Translations under genes and position numbers: made by a program
Assembly (NCBI GenBank): GCA_951406725.2
Contig: OX597823.1
Location: forward strand, 45,260,001 to 45,324,000
From: Octopus vulgaris
Taxonomy: Eukaryota
Direction: 5' to 3'
Length of the DNA stretch: 64,000 bases
Notes under the pieces: model-generated
Told to the model about the DNA's origin: nothing
Seen by the model: only the letters and a program-made list of their open reading frames with translations
The model's database searches: none
Shown here: piece by piece, positions 38,236 through 51,711 of the stretch
Position numbering within the stretch: position 1 is the first letter of the stretch
Layout of the letters: the number at the start of each line of letters is the position of its first letter

Positions 38236-40743
38236 TCTATTCTTTTCTATTTCTTTTATTTATTTCAGTCATTTGACTGTGGCCATGCTGGAGCACTGCC
38301 TTTAGTCGAACAAATCGACCCCAGAACTTATTCTTTGTAAGCCTAGTACTTACTCTATTGGTCTCTTTTGCTGAACCACTAAGTTATGGGGATGTAATCA
38401 TGCCAACATCAGTTGTGAAGTGTTGGTGGGAGGACAATCACAGACACAAATACAGTTTCCGTCAACCAAATCCACTCACAAGGCTTTGGTCAGCCTGAGG
38501 CTATGGAAGAAGACACTTGCCCAAGGTGCCATGCAGTGGGGCTGAACCCGGAACCATGTTGGTCAGCAAGTTTCTTACCACACAGCCACTCCAGCAACTA
38601 ATATATATATATATATATATACTTCATGTGTTTATGTGTGTGTATATATACTTCCTATGTTTATATATATGTGTGTGTGTGTATGTGTATATATAATATA
38701 TAATTTATGTGTGTGTATAAGATTTGGCATGTGTATACATACATACACATGTATACACACATGCACATATATAGCATATCTGTAACAATATGCCTATTTG
38801 TGCATGTTTGTATGCCTATATACACACACATAAACATAGAGCTTCATACCCACATCCCTGTTACACACAAATAAAGGAATATAATATGATATAACTCAGA
38901 CACTGGGGCTAGAAATTAGAAAAGGAGACAGATGAGAAATGAAAATCAAATCCTTAATTAAACTGATTAAATTGTAAAGAAATACAAATGACAAGAAAAT
39001 GTAAGCATGATTAACCATTCAAAACTGATTTTGAAATCTTGGTGAAGCTCTCTTTCTCTCTCTTCTCTCTCTCTCCATCCATATGAATGTGTGTGCATGT
39101 ATATATATACATTCATATATAGACTTACATATATACATATATATATATATATACATACATACATACATATACACACATACATGCATACATACATATACAC
39201 ACATACATGCATACATACATACATACATACATACATACCTACATACATACATATATATATGTATGTGTATATACATACACACAAACAGACATACACACAT
39301 ACATACATACTTACAGATATATATGCATGTATATATGTGTATATACATGCATACATATATGTATGTATGTATGTATGTATGTACATACATATGTATATAT
39401 ATGCGTATGTATGTATATACATACACACATACATACATATGTATATATATATATATGTGTGTGTGTATATATGTGCATGTATGCATATATACATGTGTGT
39501 GTGTGTATGCATGTATGTTTATATATCTATATGCATGAATGAATGTGTATACATGTGTGATGGCATATCTTCGTTCTTTAGCAGATACTATGAGTGCATA
39601 TTTGTATAATTGTGACTGCATCTGCGCATTTGCATTTGTGCTCGACTAAATTTATAAATAAATACATAAATGAATGATGGCTGGGTAAGAAGTTATGATG
39701 GGAGAGAGTTGATAGATGAATGGCATCACTGGGTAAAACAAATTAAATGAAATGCAATGAGAATGACCTCCAGCCTTTAACAAGTTCTTGAATCTCTTGC
39801 GTTCACTCCATCTTCATGCAGTGTATGGCAAGTTCATATTAGTCTGGCTGAGTCTATTCCTTTGCAGATTATTGACTCTTGTAGCCAGATATCTCTATTA
39901 TGTGGTGTGGAATGGTTTACACAATTTACGAAGATCATGTTACTAATTTATGTTGCCAAGTCTAAAGAAAAATTTTGTAAACTTAATCTAAGGTGAACAA
40001 TATCTTCTATATATTAACTGGAGGAAAATGTCTTGTTAACTTTAAAATATTTTTAAAGACATATGGATTTGCAGTGAATATCTTGTAACTATTTGAAGTG
40101 AATAAGTCTTGACAAATCAGTCTCATGTTGCGCAAGTAAAGTATAATTCTGTTTTGTGTTAGAAGCACATCAGCAAATAGATTTTGTACTATTTGTATAC
40201 ATACTCCTGGCTGGCTGTTGCAATTCCTTTCAGAAGTGGAGGAGTACATGACACGAATGAGCAGAAATAGCTGTGAAATATTGGTATCAGTTGAGTGGTC
40301 TTGTTCACTTCTGCGGCGATTTTGTTTCACTTAGCTTTGATGTATAATGTGTTTTTTAACACTGCTCATCTTTAACCCCCTTTTTTTTTATTGCCCATAA
40401 GGGGCTGAACATAGAGGGGACAAACAAGGACAGACAAAGGGATTAAGTCGATTACATCGACCCCAGTGCGTAAGTGGTACTTATTTAATCAACCCCGAAA
40501 GGATGAAAGGGAAAGTCGGCCTCGGCGGAATTTGAACTCAGAACGCAGCAGCGGATGAAATAACACAATGCATTTTACCTGGCTTGCTAACGTTCCTGCC
40601 AGCTTGCTGCCTTAGCATTCACATTATTGTGCCCCCAAAAAGCTGAGTACATATATTCACATGTAAGTGTGTGCATGTGTGTGTGTGTGTGTGCATAAGT
40701 GTGTGATGACCATGTTCATATATATGTAAGTGTGTGTGCATGT

Positions 40744-40780
<37 letters not shown>

Positions 40781-41678
40781 ATATATAGACACACACAGAC
40801 TCTCACACATTTTATATCTTTTATTATCTTTTACTTGCTTCAGTCATCCTGGGGCACTGCCTTAAAAAAGTTTCAGTCAAACGAATCACTCACTAACTGT
40901 TTTTTTTTAAGCCTCGTACTTATACTCTTAGTTTCTTTTGCCAAATCATTAAATTATAGGGATGTAAACAAACCAACACCGGTTGTCAAAGGATAGTGGG
41001 GTACCAACACAGACACACACTCACAAGGGTGGGCTGAAAAGTTCATAGGTTATCCTTGTCACATTCTGTGTCCCATAGAATGAATCTCCCTGAGAATTAC
41101 ATTAAGGGTATGCTTGTCTCAGCCACTTGCCTGTTAGTTTCACAAGCAAGATGTTCTGTTGATCGGATCAACTGGAACACTTGTCATCATAACTGATGGA
41201 GTGCCAGTTAATTATATACTCTTGATTCAGCTTATAAATTTTCCATTCTAGTCAAGTACGTCCATGTCTTACATTCTACTCATAGGACAAACATACAAGT
41301 GTATTTTACTATAGCCTCAAGCTGACCAAAGTCAGCTTGAGGCTATAGTAAAAGCACTTGTCCAAGATACCATGCAATAAGACTAAATTTCCAACCACGT
41401 GGTTGGGAAACAAACTTCTTAACGCACGACCATGCCTCTGCCTCTATATATATATGCTGTCGGGCCCCACTGCTGATATTGGGGGTTGCGTTCTATGCCT
41501 TGACCTGAGCAGAGAACGGCGCTTGCCTCTTTGGGCTACGAATTAAATGGAATGCCTGGTGTGTGTCTTGTCGTGGCTACCCACTCCTTAAAAAATGTGG
41601 AATAGGCCTGGGTATATAATATATATATATGTCAAGTATGTATATTTATATACATATAAGTATGATTTAATATTCGTA

Positions 41679-41721
<43 letters not shown>

Positions 41722-42339
41722 TATATTTCTCTCCATCATTTGCTACAGTCAAGTCTATCCTGCCTCCACTCAGCCAATCTCAGTTATTCTCACCATCCCC
41801 CAATTACCCTTCAAGTGTATATCCCAACAGATCTTCACCATCTCATCTCCCACTATATCTCTCTTTATCTTACTCTCTTTAACTTGTTTTGGCATGGTTT
41901 CTATGGCTGGATGCCCTTTCTAAAGCCAACCACTTTACAGGGTATTCTGGGTGTCTTTTAACATGGCACCAGCATCATTGCTTTATACATGGTACAGGCA
42001 CAGGTGTTGTTTATGAGGCACCAGCACTGGTGCTTTTTACATAGTACCAGCACCGATAGGGTCACCAAGTACCTTGCAAAGTGAAGGAAAAAAGAAAAAA
42101 TATGTATACTTATATACAAATACATACATACATAAAGACATATATATGCATTGACTCAAATACATATGTATCGAAATATATAAATAAAATGTACATTAAA
42201 ATATCATGATCATGATCATCATCTTTCAATGTCTGTTTCCCATGCTGATATGGGTCAAACAAAACAAGATATAATTTAAAGGGATAAAATATTAAAGAAT
42301 TTCTGGCAAGGCTGAATTTGGTTCTGTTCAAGTGTAACC

Positions 42340-43330
42340 AAATGTACTAACAAGCATTTAAAAAACACCAATGTCTTGAGGGCATTTTCCTTTAACTTCT
42401 ATACAGAGTATTAATTGTAATTTTACTTGTAATCTATCTTTTGCTTGATGTTTATATTCTGAATTGGTTTTGGAGATATTCTAACTACTTGGGAGAGTCT
42501 GTGGATCTCCTGATGCATAGGTTTGTTTATTGACTATTTAATTTTTGAAGAACAGTAAATCTCAGTTCATCTTAATCCTCTACATTTTCTTCATAATTTT
42601 TTTGAGGAAAGATTTGTTTTTGTTTGGAAGAAATTGTTTCTTTTAATCTGCTTTTTTTGTTTTATATTGAGTCACTTTTCTTGCGATTTTCCTTCTTTCT
42701 TCCCTTTTGTAATTTCATCTGTAATTATTCCTTCTTCATCACATGATGAGGGTGTGGTACTGCAGGTTGGTGCTGTTAGGTAACAAGTTCTTTTCTCATT
42801 TCTTTGTAATACTGGGCCTACTGATATTTCCTCTGCTGGTGTGGTGCTTTGGAAACAAGGATTGATAGGGCTTTGTCGTTACTCTTCATTGTTTCCATTT
42901 CCGTATAGCTCTCCAAGTTCTTCAGGGCATTCAGCTGTAAGGTGTGTTTTGTTCCGACAAATGTATCTGTTAAGCTGTCTACTTTGTATCATCAAACTCA
43001 TGCCCTTGTTTCGGTACTTTCTACTAGGGACAGCTCCAGTATGGTTCTGTAGCCTCCAAGAATCATTATGAATTACAAGTCTATTTTAACGCTCCCTCAT
43101 TGAGGCCACTTTTCCATAAGCCTGCATCAATCACTCTCCCAAACTGTGACATGAAAGTCACTACTACCCATTTGTCTACACTATACCCTGTGTTTCTTAT
43201 TGTGACTTTTGTAGTTCTTTGACCTATGCATTTGGGACATTTTCTTCAATTAATTATTCTCTAAACTGTTCGTTTTCTTCTTCCTCTTGTACATTTAGTT
43301 GTCTGTTTTGATTTTTGTGTTGTTGTTTCT
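42340..43330 (-). mobile_element. Retroelement ORF1/gag-like relic, copy 1
   Basis: Collinear similarity to 55790-56720. Degenerate zinc knuckle RYICRNKTHLTAEC at 42927-42968. Confidence 0.55.
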
Positions 43331-44598
43331 TTTAGCCAATGCAATGTTTTATCATATGACATCTTTATGTATGACAGATGTCTTGCATGTGAAAATGTAA
43401 CATGCGTAAATAAATTTTTAGATGATCGGGAAACGTCTTTTTCGCTTTTTTGCTTTTGTCTATCTCAGGCATCAAAAGCAGTCCCTCCTTAGGAGATTAT
43501 AACTTTTTTTTTACAAGAACTCCAAAGAAAATTTCATTTGTTAATGCTTGAATAAAATATGTTGTGCAGGGTGAATCGAAAAGATGTCTTCATCTTATGA
43601 AAGCCTAAGAAGAAGATGGTCATGATAATGAAGATGACGGGGGTGTTGTTGGCAGTGATGATGATGACAATGATGAGGACAATGATGACAACAACAATAA
43701 TAAAGACGACGACAATGATGAAGATGACTGATGAAAATGACAATGATGATGATGATGGCTTTTTTCTTTATTTACTACAAAAGAAATAAAGAAACTAAAT
43801 GGTTTGATATATAGTTGTGAAATTTTAACTGGAGTGTCAAGTAAACAAAACAAGACTTGCCATGTGTGTATGTGTTTCAGATGTAAAGATATTAAGTAAA
43901 TAAAGAAAACAAAAATAGTGTCCCCTCAAAAAGTACCTCTAAATTGGTCATAAACCTGAACAGCTTTCAACTTTGGACAGAAGGGTCCTCTTCCTATCTA
44001 ACTAATTGGCAAAACTGCAGACAAGAACCATTGTCTCACATTTAGAATGATTCTCTCAATAAGTTACCATAAAAATCTAATTAAAGATATCTCATTATTG
44101 GTGCTAATTCTCTGATTCTGAATTTCTTTAGAGAAGAAAAGTCATAATTTCAATTCTTTCAACCTTTTCTATCCCACCTCCTCCACCATCTCTTTTATTG
44201 CAATCAACTGCAAGAATAAATTGACTAACCAGCTTTTATAAGAACAATGAATTAGTTTCCTGCACTGGACAATACCATTTGTGATGGCAGTGGTGGACAT
44301 TAAGCCCACTGGTATATGATAACATGAATTATAGATGGTTGTGATGAACCATTTCTTCAATTTCCTTGCTTCCCATTAATGTCTGGTTAATTACATCTAA
44401 CAGCATGTATCGTCAATTTCAATCAAGCCATAGAACACTAGCAGACCTGCCAGGTGAAGTAGTTTTGGAAATTTTACTTACAACTTAAACCTCTAAAAAT
44501 AGATGCGTAGTACTTCTTAACGACATGAGCACTTCAAGACTGCTATCGTTCAGATCTGTAAGTGTGTACATGTGTGTCTGTATGACTATATAAATGTA

Positions 44599-44666
44599 AT
44601 AATAAAGTCAGACCAAATATTGATATTTTGAATGCAAAATATCAATATTTGATTTGACTTTATTAT
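44599..44666. repeat. 68-nt near-perfect hairpin
   Basis: 32-bp stem with 2 mismatches and loop aatg. Confidence 0.85.
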
Positions 44667-45959
44667 AGTATTTCATACTAAGCCATTACCAACTAACCGT
44701 TCCTTACTTTGATTATATGGATATTCTAATAAGGATTTGGAAGGGCTTGCTCTACTGGACCTGGAACAGAAAATTCCTTCCTAAGCATAACACAAAATCT
44801 ATATACATATGATAGCAGTTTTGTAAAGCTTTTACTTGCTTCATGTTTACACCAATGTACACATACTCCCATGTATACCAGTATACACACACACTTATTG
44901 TACCGAAGAGACAACAGTGTTTGAGTTTATCAAATATGTAAGTGAATGTTCTTCCAACTTTATTGTTCAGCCAACATAGAAAGTATGCAGTATTTCGTTA
45001 TGCAACCATAAAATAATATAAAGTATATTAAATGTTTTTAAAAGTCAATATCATGTTCTACTGCATTAGCAGTGCCCTTTACTTCACTTGTTAAGGTTAT
45101 CTCTACAGACATTCTATAGAAATTATAGCCAGTACTGATTTTTGTTATGACCTGTATTTCATGTTCTTGGAACCCATCATCAGCCTACATTGGAATCCAC
45201 AAATGTAGTTCAAAGTTCAGTCAGTTGAAGCAAAGCATGCCTTAAAAACGATGACCATGATTACTTACCATCCAGAAATTATTCTGTAAAGTGGTTGGTG
45301 TTAGGAAGGGCATTCAGCCATAGAAACCAAACCAAATCAGACTGGAACCTGGACCTGCTTGCCAGCTCTAGCCAAACCATCCAACCCATGCCAGCGTGGA
45401 AAATGGGTATTAAATGAAGATGATAATGATCTTCAATATTTCAGAATTTTGAAATAGATTCCTTCCTCACAAAAGTATGTCTGTAGTTGAATGTTGAAGA
45501 AGGCCAAAATAATTTGTAACAAAATTTGCCAAAGTTTGCTTTATAAGAAAAATTCTACTCAAGGTCACTAACCACAGAATCTTCCAGGTCTAAAAGAGAA
45601 TATATCCTAACTTTAATGCTAAATCTGACATTAAATCCCCGGGAATGTCTTTTGATTCATGATATATTGTTTGATTGAAAAAATGGCCAAGGAATATTAT
45701 TATTATTTTGTTTTTTTTTTGGTGTGCAAAAACTTCTAATATCCAACAATATTCCTTCTGTGGCTTTTGTTAAATCTCAACAGAACTAATTCAATGTATT
45801 TTTGAAATTACTCACAAGTTGTTCTACTTTTGTGTCAAGTATAAAGTATGTATCACAAAATTGAGTCCTGTTGTAAATATCATTAATGAAGATAACATTT
45901 CATATATTTTAACATTTCATGATTTCTAAAAAGTACAAATTCACTCAATGATAGTTTAC

Positions 45960-46390
45960 ATGTCCAGCTTTTAGAATGAGCATATTCCAAACTTTGGCAT
46001 TAGAGAGAATTTTAATGCACGAACTGGTAGACAATGTCAGCTTCCAAATATACTAGCTTCAAAATCACGAGCAAAAACATTCTATTGTACCAGTCTGATA
46101 TTTAGAGGTCCTCAATTGTTCACCTGCCTACCTAAAGAAATCAAAAATATAAAAGGGACCTCTACTGAAGAAGCATTAAAAAACACATTGGATAAACTTC
46201 TAACGCTGATACTGGTGGACCAGCCAATCATTCGAGGATACACTTAAGCAAGATCAGCTGCTACAAACTCAATCATAGCTCAACTTCCAGCCATTAAGTG
46301 ACGAGAAAACTGACAGAAAATAAATTAAGGTGGTGCTCCCCCATGGCTGCAGCCCAACAACTGTGACCATTAAAAGAATAAAAGAAAAAA
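45960..46390 (+). mobile_element. CR1-like LINE 3' end
   Basis: IPNFGI..NARTGRQC..RGPQLFTCLPKEIKN..LDKLL..DQP..GY..AATNSI, then a tail resembling that of SINE family A. Confidence 0.7.
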
Positions 46391-47519
46391 GTATGTGATA
46401 AAATATTTAAGCTTAAAATTTCCGAAAAAAGACAACAAAACAAATGTATGTGTTACATCTACAAAAGAAGTATTCATGTTCACATATGCATGCATCATGC
46501 ACACGTATCCATGCACCATGCATATGTATGCATGCACATACATTCAACCGCAGGCTGATGAATTATTTATGTTTATCAGAGTATATGGACAAAGATAAAA
46601 GGCATTGAATTCAGATGAATATTTAATGGGACACACAAACTATGTTTAAGCTATTAATTATGAGACATAAACGTTACCCATTTATTCAGTTTTATTCAAC
46701 CTCCACCAGATTTCAGTCATGTATTAAGACAAATTCATTATGTTTTACATCCAGTTTTTGCAATACTACAATGGGAAGGCGATGATTTTTGCTCACGCCT
46801 TTATATTTACAACTCTATACATCACATATCCTACAACCAACCACCAAACTGTGAAATAGGAACATAATCTGTTATCAATCAGGTGAACCAAGCCATGGAA
46901 AATAGGAATGCCTTACCATATGCTCAGCCAACCAGTACATTTGCTTCTCCCAACCACAGTGCTTCATTAATATTTGTATTTTAATGTTACATATTTATAC
47001 AGGTAAACACAAAGAACATTGATTGTATGTCAACCTAGTACACTGATGCATCTTAACAGATTAGGATTAAATTGTATGTTGACAAAAATTTTTTTTGTTT
47101 TTTGTTTTGTTTTTCCGACTAGGCTACCAGATGTTGCTACACATCGTTGGTCACAATGCGCTTCTCATTGTTTTAGCCTTCAAATGATGCCATCCCGCTG
47201 GCTAAGTGAGCAGGCCAACAGAAGAAAGAGTGAGAGAAAGTTGTGGCAAAAGAGTATAGCAGGGATCACCACTACCCCCTGCTGGAGCCTTGTGGAGCTT
47301 TTAGGTGTTTTTGCTCATTAAAGTTGATTACACCGACCCCAGTGTTCAATTGGTACTTATTTTATGGACCCTGAAAGGATGAAAGGCAAAGCCGACCTTG
47401 GTGGAACTTGAACTCAGCATAAGTATGAACAAAATACTGCTAAACATTTTGCTCAGCATGCTAATGATTCTGCTAGTTTACTTCCTTCAGTTTTTTTTGC
47501 CTGCCTTTAACCCTCCAAC

Positions 47520-48017
47520 GCGGAGTATAGGCCACTTATAACTGAATTTCATGTTGCATAATTTTTCGCTTCTGTACTTATACTCTGTCATGAATGTCCC
47601 CCTTTCTCTAGTTCCTTTTGTGTTATCTACGCTACGAGTTCTTAGGCTTACCTTTCTTTCTATATCCATCCGGTTTCCACTGTAAAGCACTTTTCGCTAC
47701 ATTCAGTGTTTCTTTTCTAATTGTGCTACCAATCCACTTCCACTTTTTCTTAAATATTTGCTCCCTAATCGAAACTTGATTTGTTCTTTGCCATAGCTCC
47801 ATATTGCTTATGTGTTTGGGCCATCTAATTTTAAGTATACTACGCAAGCGTCTGTTGATGAATGATTGTATTTGCTTATTTGACTTAACTGTTGTTCGCC
47901 ATATCTCAGCCCCCTACAATAACACCACTTTTACATTAAGGTTAAAAATTCTTATTTTGTTCTTTATTGAAATTACACTTGTGCTCCATACTTTTTTTAA
48001 GCAGTTTAGGCAATATT
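47520..48017 (-). mobile_element. RTE-clade LINE 3' fragment (second family)
   Basis: RSILKIRWPKHISNMELWQRTNQ..KKWKWIG..ALQWKPDGYRKKGKPKNS. Confidence 0.8.
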
Positions 48018-48586
48018 AAATTTGGCACAATTATGTATGTTTGTCCTATGTGTAGAATGTGAGACACGGACATCCTTGACTAGAATGGAAAACTTATAAG
48101 CTGAATCAAGCGTATATAATTAATTGGCACTCCATCAGTTATGATGACAAGTTTTCCAGTTGATCCATCAAGAGAACAGCCTGCTTGTGAAACTAACGGG
48201 CAAGTGGCTGAGACAATGTAGTTTTCAGGGAGATTCGTCCTATGGGACACAGAATGTGACAAGGATGGCCCTTTGAAATACAGGTACAATGCTTTTTTGC
48301 CAGCTGAGTGGACTGAAGCACTGTGAAATAAAAAGACTCAAAGTGGTGCTAGGAATTGAACATACAATTTTGTGATAGTGAGCCAAATCCTCTAACCATT
48401 AAGCCATGTGTCTTCAGGAATAAATAACTCTAATGTATATCCACAAAAACCATTGAAAGATATAAAGATGTAACCAAAGTCTAAATTGTTACAATATTAT
48501 TAATGTATGTATATCTCACACTCTCTCTCTCTCTCTTTCTCGCTCTCATGATATGCATATATTTATATAAATGTATGTATGTACAA

Positions 48587-48626
<40 letters not shown>

Positions 48627-48643
48627 ACACACTCAATCACTCA

Positions 48644-49185
48644 CAAGGGTAGGTCAAAAAGTTCATAGGCTGATTATAAAGGAGTGATGTTAGAGCTGTG
48701 AAATCTTATTAATAACTGCATTGTTTCTTTCCAGGTAAACTGACATCTGACTGTTCAAAGTAGACTTCAAAAGTAAACTACTAGCGATTCCTCTTGAAAA
48801 TCAACAAAATTTGGCATTGTAATGTTATCAAGTACCTGCAGATAACAGGTTTAGCCACCAACGACATTCATGTTGACATGACTGCTTCATTAGGGTATTA
48901 CACTCCAGCTTTATCAATAGTGTTGCAAGCATGTGCAATTGAATTTATCAGGGTAAAACACTTGGCTAGCAACCAGTATTGCAGTGATGATAATATCATA
49001 TCTGCTGTTGATAACTTTTTTGACCAACAAAATGAAAGCATCTTCACCAATGGGATCTAAGCACTGCAACACCAACAGAAAAAGTGTGTAGACTGTAAAG
49101 AGGACTATATTGAGAAATAAACCTTGTTTGGTTACATTTCATGAGAGTATCTTGGTCAGCCTATGAACTTTTCAGTCAAACCTCA
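48644..49185 (+). mobile_element. Internally deleted mariner element
   Basis: TIRs (..aaaagttcataggctga / tcagcctatgaacttttc..). Fused N-terminal (NVIKYL..DIHVDM..LG) and C-terminal (AVDNFF..NGI*AL..KCVDCKEDYIEK) transposase remnants. Confidence 0.8.
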
Positions 49186-49795
49186 TGTGTGTGTGTGTGT
49201 GTGTGTACAGAAAGATAGATAAATAGACAGACAAACAGACAGATACATAGATATATACATACATATATGTCAGGTTGCTCTTGAGTGCTGCTGGTAACAT
49301 GTAATGGCGTACAACCTATTGCATGGTTGGGCCATCAGTGACTAAACCAGCAACATCAGCAAGCCTGCTTGGTGAATATGGTGGTTTCTGTACACCTTGT
49401 AGGGAGAATATATTCAGAAAGATCAATGGCCAACTAATTACATGTTATATATATATATATATATATATTTATGCACAAGGACTTTGAAATTTGTGGTTTG
49501 GCACTTGTTTGTGGATTTAGCTTAACAGTGCAAGTTAGACTGTAAGTCCTGGTGTATGTGTATGTCATTGTGGCTGTGTTGTCCCCCAACCACCACCACT
49601 ACTTGAAAACTGGTGCTGGTGTATTTATGTCCTCATAACTTAGTGGCTCAGCAAAAGATATCGATAGAATAAGTACCAGGCTTTAACAGATGAAAAAGAA
49701 GAATACAAGTTCACGGTCATGTTCTTTTCTCTCATTATTGATGTGGTCTTTATATTATGCTGCATCCCTTCTCAGACAGCACAGGACTCTGTGTA

Positions 49796-50013
49796 TGAGG
49801 TGATTCTGAAAAGTTCTTGGCTTTAAGGGTATCATGAAAGGCCTGGTTGGAGACCCAACCTTCTGAGTTCTTTTACAGGATTTAGAAAAACTGAAGGACC
49901 CACTGCAATAAGTGTGTGAATCTGAGAGGGGAATATGTTGAATAAAATCATAACTGACTGATCCTCCTGTATTTTCTCTTACCCAAAGCCAGGAACTTTT
50001 CAGCACCCCCTTG
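49796..50013. mobile_element. Mariner-type MITE
   Basis: TA-flanked. TIRs ..ctgaaaagttcttggctt / aagccaggaacttttcag.. Confidence 0.7.
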
Positions 50014-50092
50014 TAAACATAATGTGATGAGCAATAATAGTTGAAACCTACATGATAAAATTTTTGCACAATGAACACATCAATTTCTACTA

Positions 50093-50129
<37 letters not shown>

Positions 50130-50140
50130 TATACATATAT

Positions 50141-50186
<46 letters not shown>

Positions 50187-50218
50187 ACACATACACACAT
50201 ACACATATACACACACAT

Positions 50219-50272
<54 letters not shown>

Positions 50273-50534
50273 CACATACATATTGTAATAAGAAAATGAA
50301 ATGACAATGGAATAAATGATTCTGTTATGAGCTTCATTAGCTTACATCTGTTTCTGCCAAAGGATGCTGTGGACTCATAGTAGGGTGCCTGAATAATATC
50401 TTATAGCTTCATTGGAGCCTTGAATATGAAATGCTATTTATTTGGGAAAAGAATTACATTTTGTGCATATATATAGAGAGAAAGGCATTACCATTAAGAA
50501 AGTTAATACAAATGTGTGTCTGTGCACAAATGTG

Positions 50535-50613
<79 letters not shown>

Positions 50614-51657
50614 TTGTATTTTTGAATACAAGAATGAATCATCAGTGGGAAATGGTAGTTTAGGATTAAAACCAAAACATGTTGCATGGTAAGAGTAAGC
50701 ATACTGAAATGAAAGGAACAAGTAGATAGATACAGAGATAAGCTGACAGAAATTGTTTAAGGTAGATGTTAAATATGTTGTGTTAGTATATTGTGAAACA
50801 TCTGTGATATTATGTTGTCTTGAATGGAGAACTTTACATACCTAATAATATTTTAGAAAAAAATAGTGTGTGAATTGAACAACATAACTTACTACTGATT
50901 AAACTCTTTGAAATAGATAATAAATGTCATAAACTTATCTGTGAATATAATACACTCTAGTGACAAAATTATGTGCAGTGTTTTTTGTCAACAGCACACA
51001 GTGATATTAAAAAAAAAACATGCAGCATTCGGCATCATAATGTGAAAATCCACAAACAGTATTCCAATGCCTCTTACAGAAAATCTTGCATACTAAAGTG
51101 TGAGAGATATGTTTGACAGTCATAACAAAAAATATCGTAATGCATTGTAGCATGAGAGATACTTGCAACAATCCAAAATATCTGGTACAGGAGAGCATTC
51201 ATGAAATACAGCAACGTGAATAAAAACAAGAAAAATACATGCAATGCTGTAACAACATCTCACATGAGTGAGCATTCATTCAAAATAAAATTCAGCTGAT
51301 TGGATTTTTTTTTTTTTTTAAAAAGGCATGTTTGACATTTCAATACCCAATATGACAACTTACCTGTTTTCATTTCTATTAAATATTTGGTGTTAATAGC
51401 AAGAGAAGAATTAGCAATGATAGTCCTTAAATGGGCATATAATAACATCATCAGGAAGAGAACTGACAAGATATTCTATTGTTGCAATTACTAATACATT
51501 ATACATGCACACACACACACATAACATATATATATACGCCTACATACACATATACATTCATACTTACATACACATACAATCACACATTCAAATAAAAGAA
51601 AAACGTTATCATTATACAACAACAACAACAACAATAATATTAATAGTAATAATAATA

Positions 51658-51710
<53 letters not shown>

Positions 51711-51711
51711 T

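Noticed and set aside
45269-45283. 15-nt microexon candidate (tttacag|...|gtaagt, minus strand)
   Set aside because: The acceptor comes from a repeat fragment and the segment has an immediate stop in the dynein frame; chance is likely.
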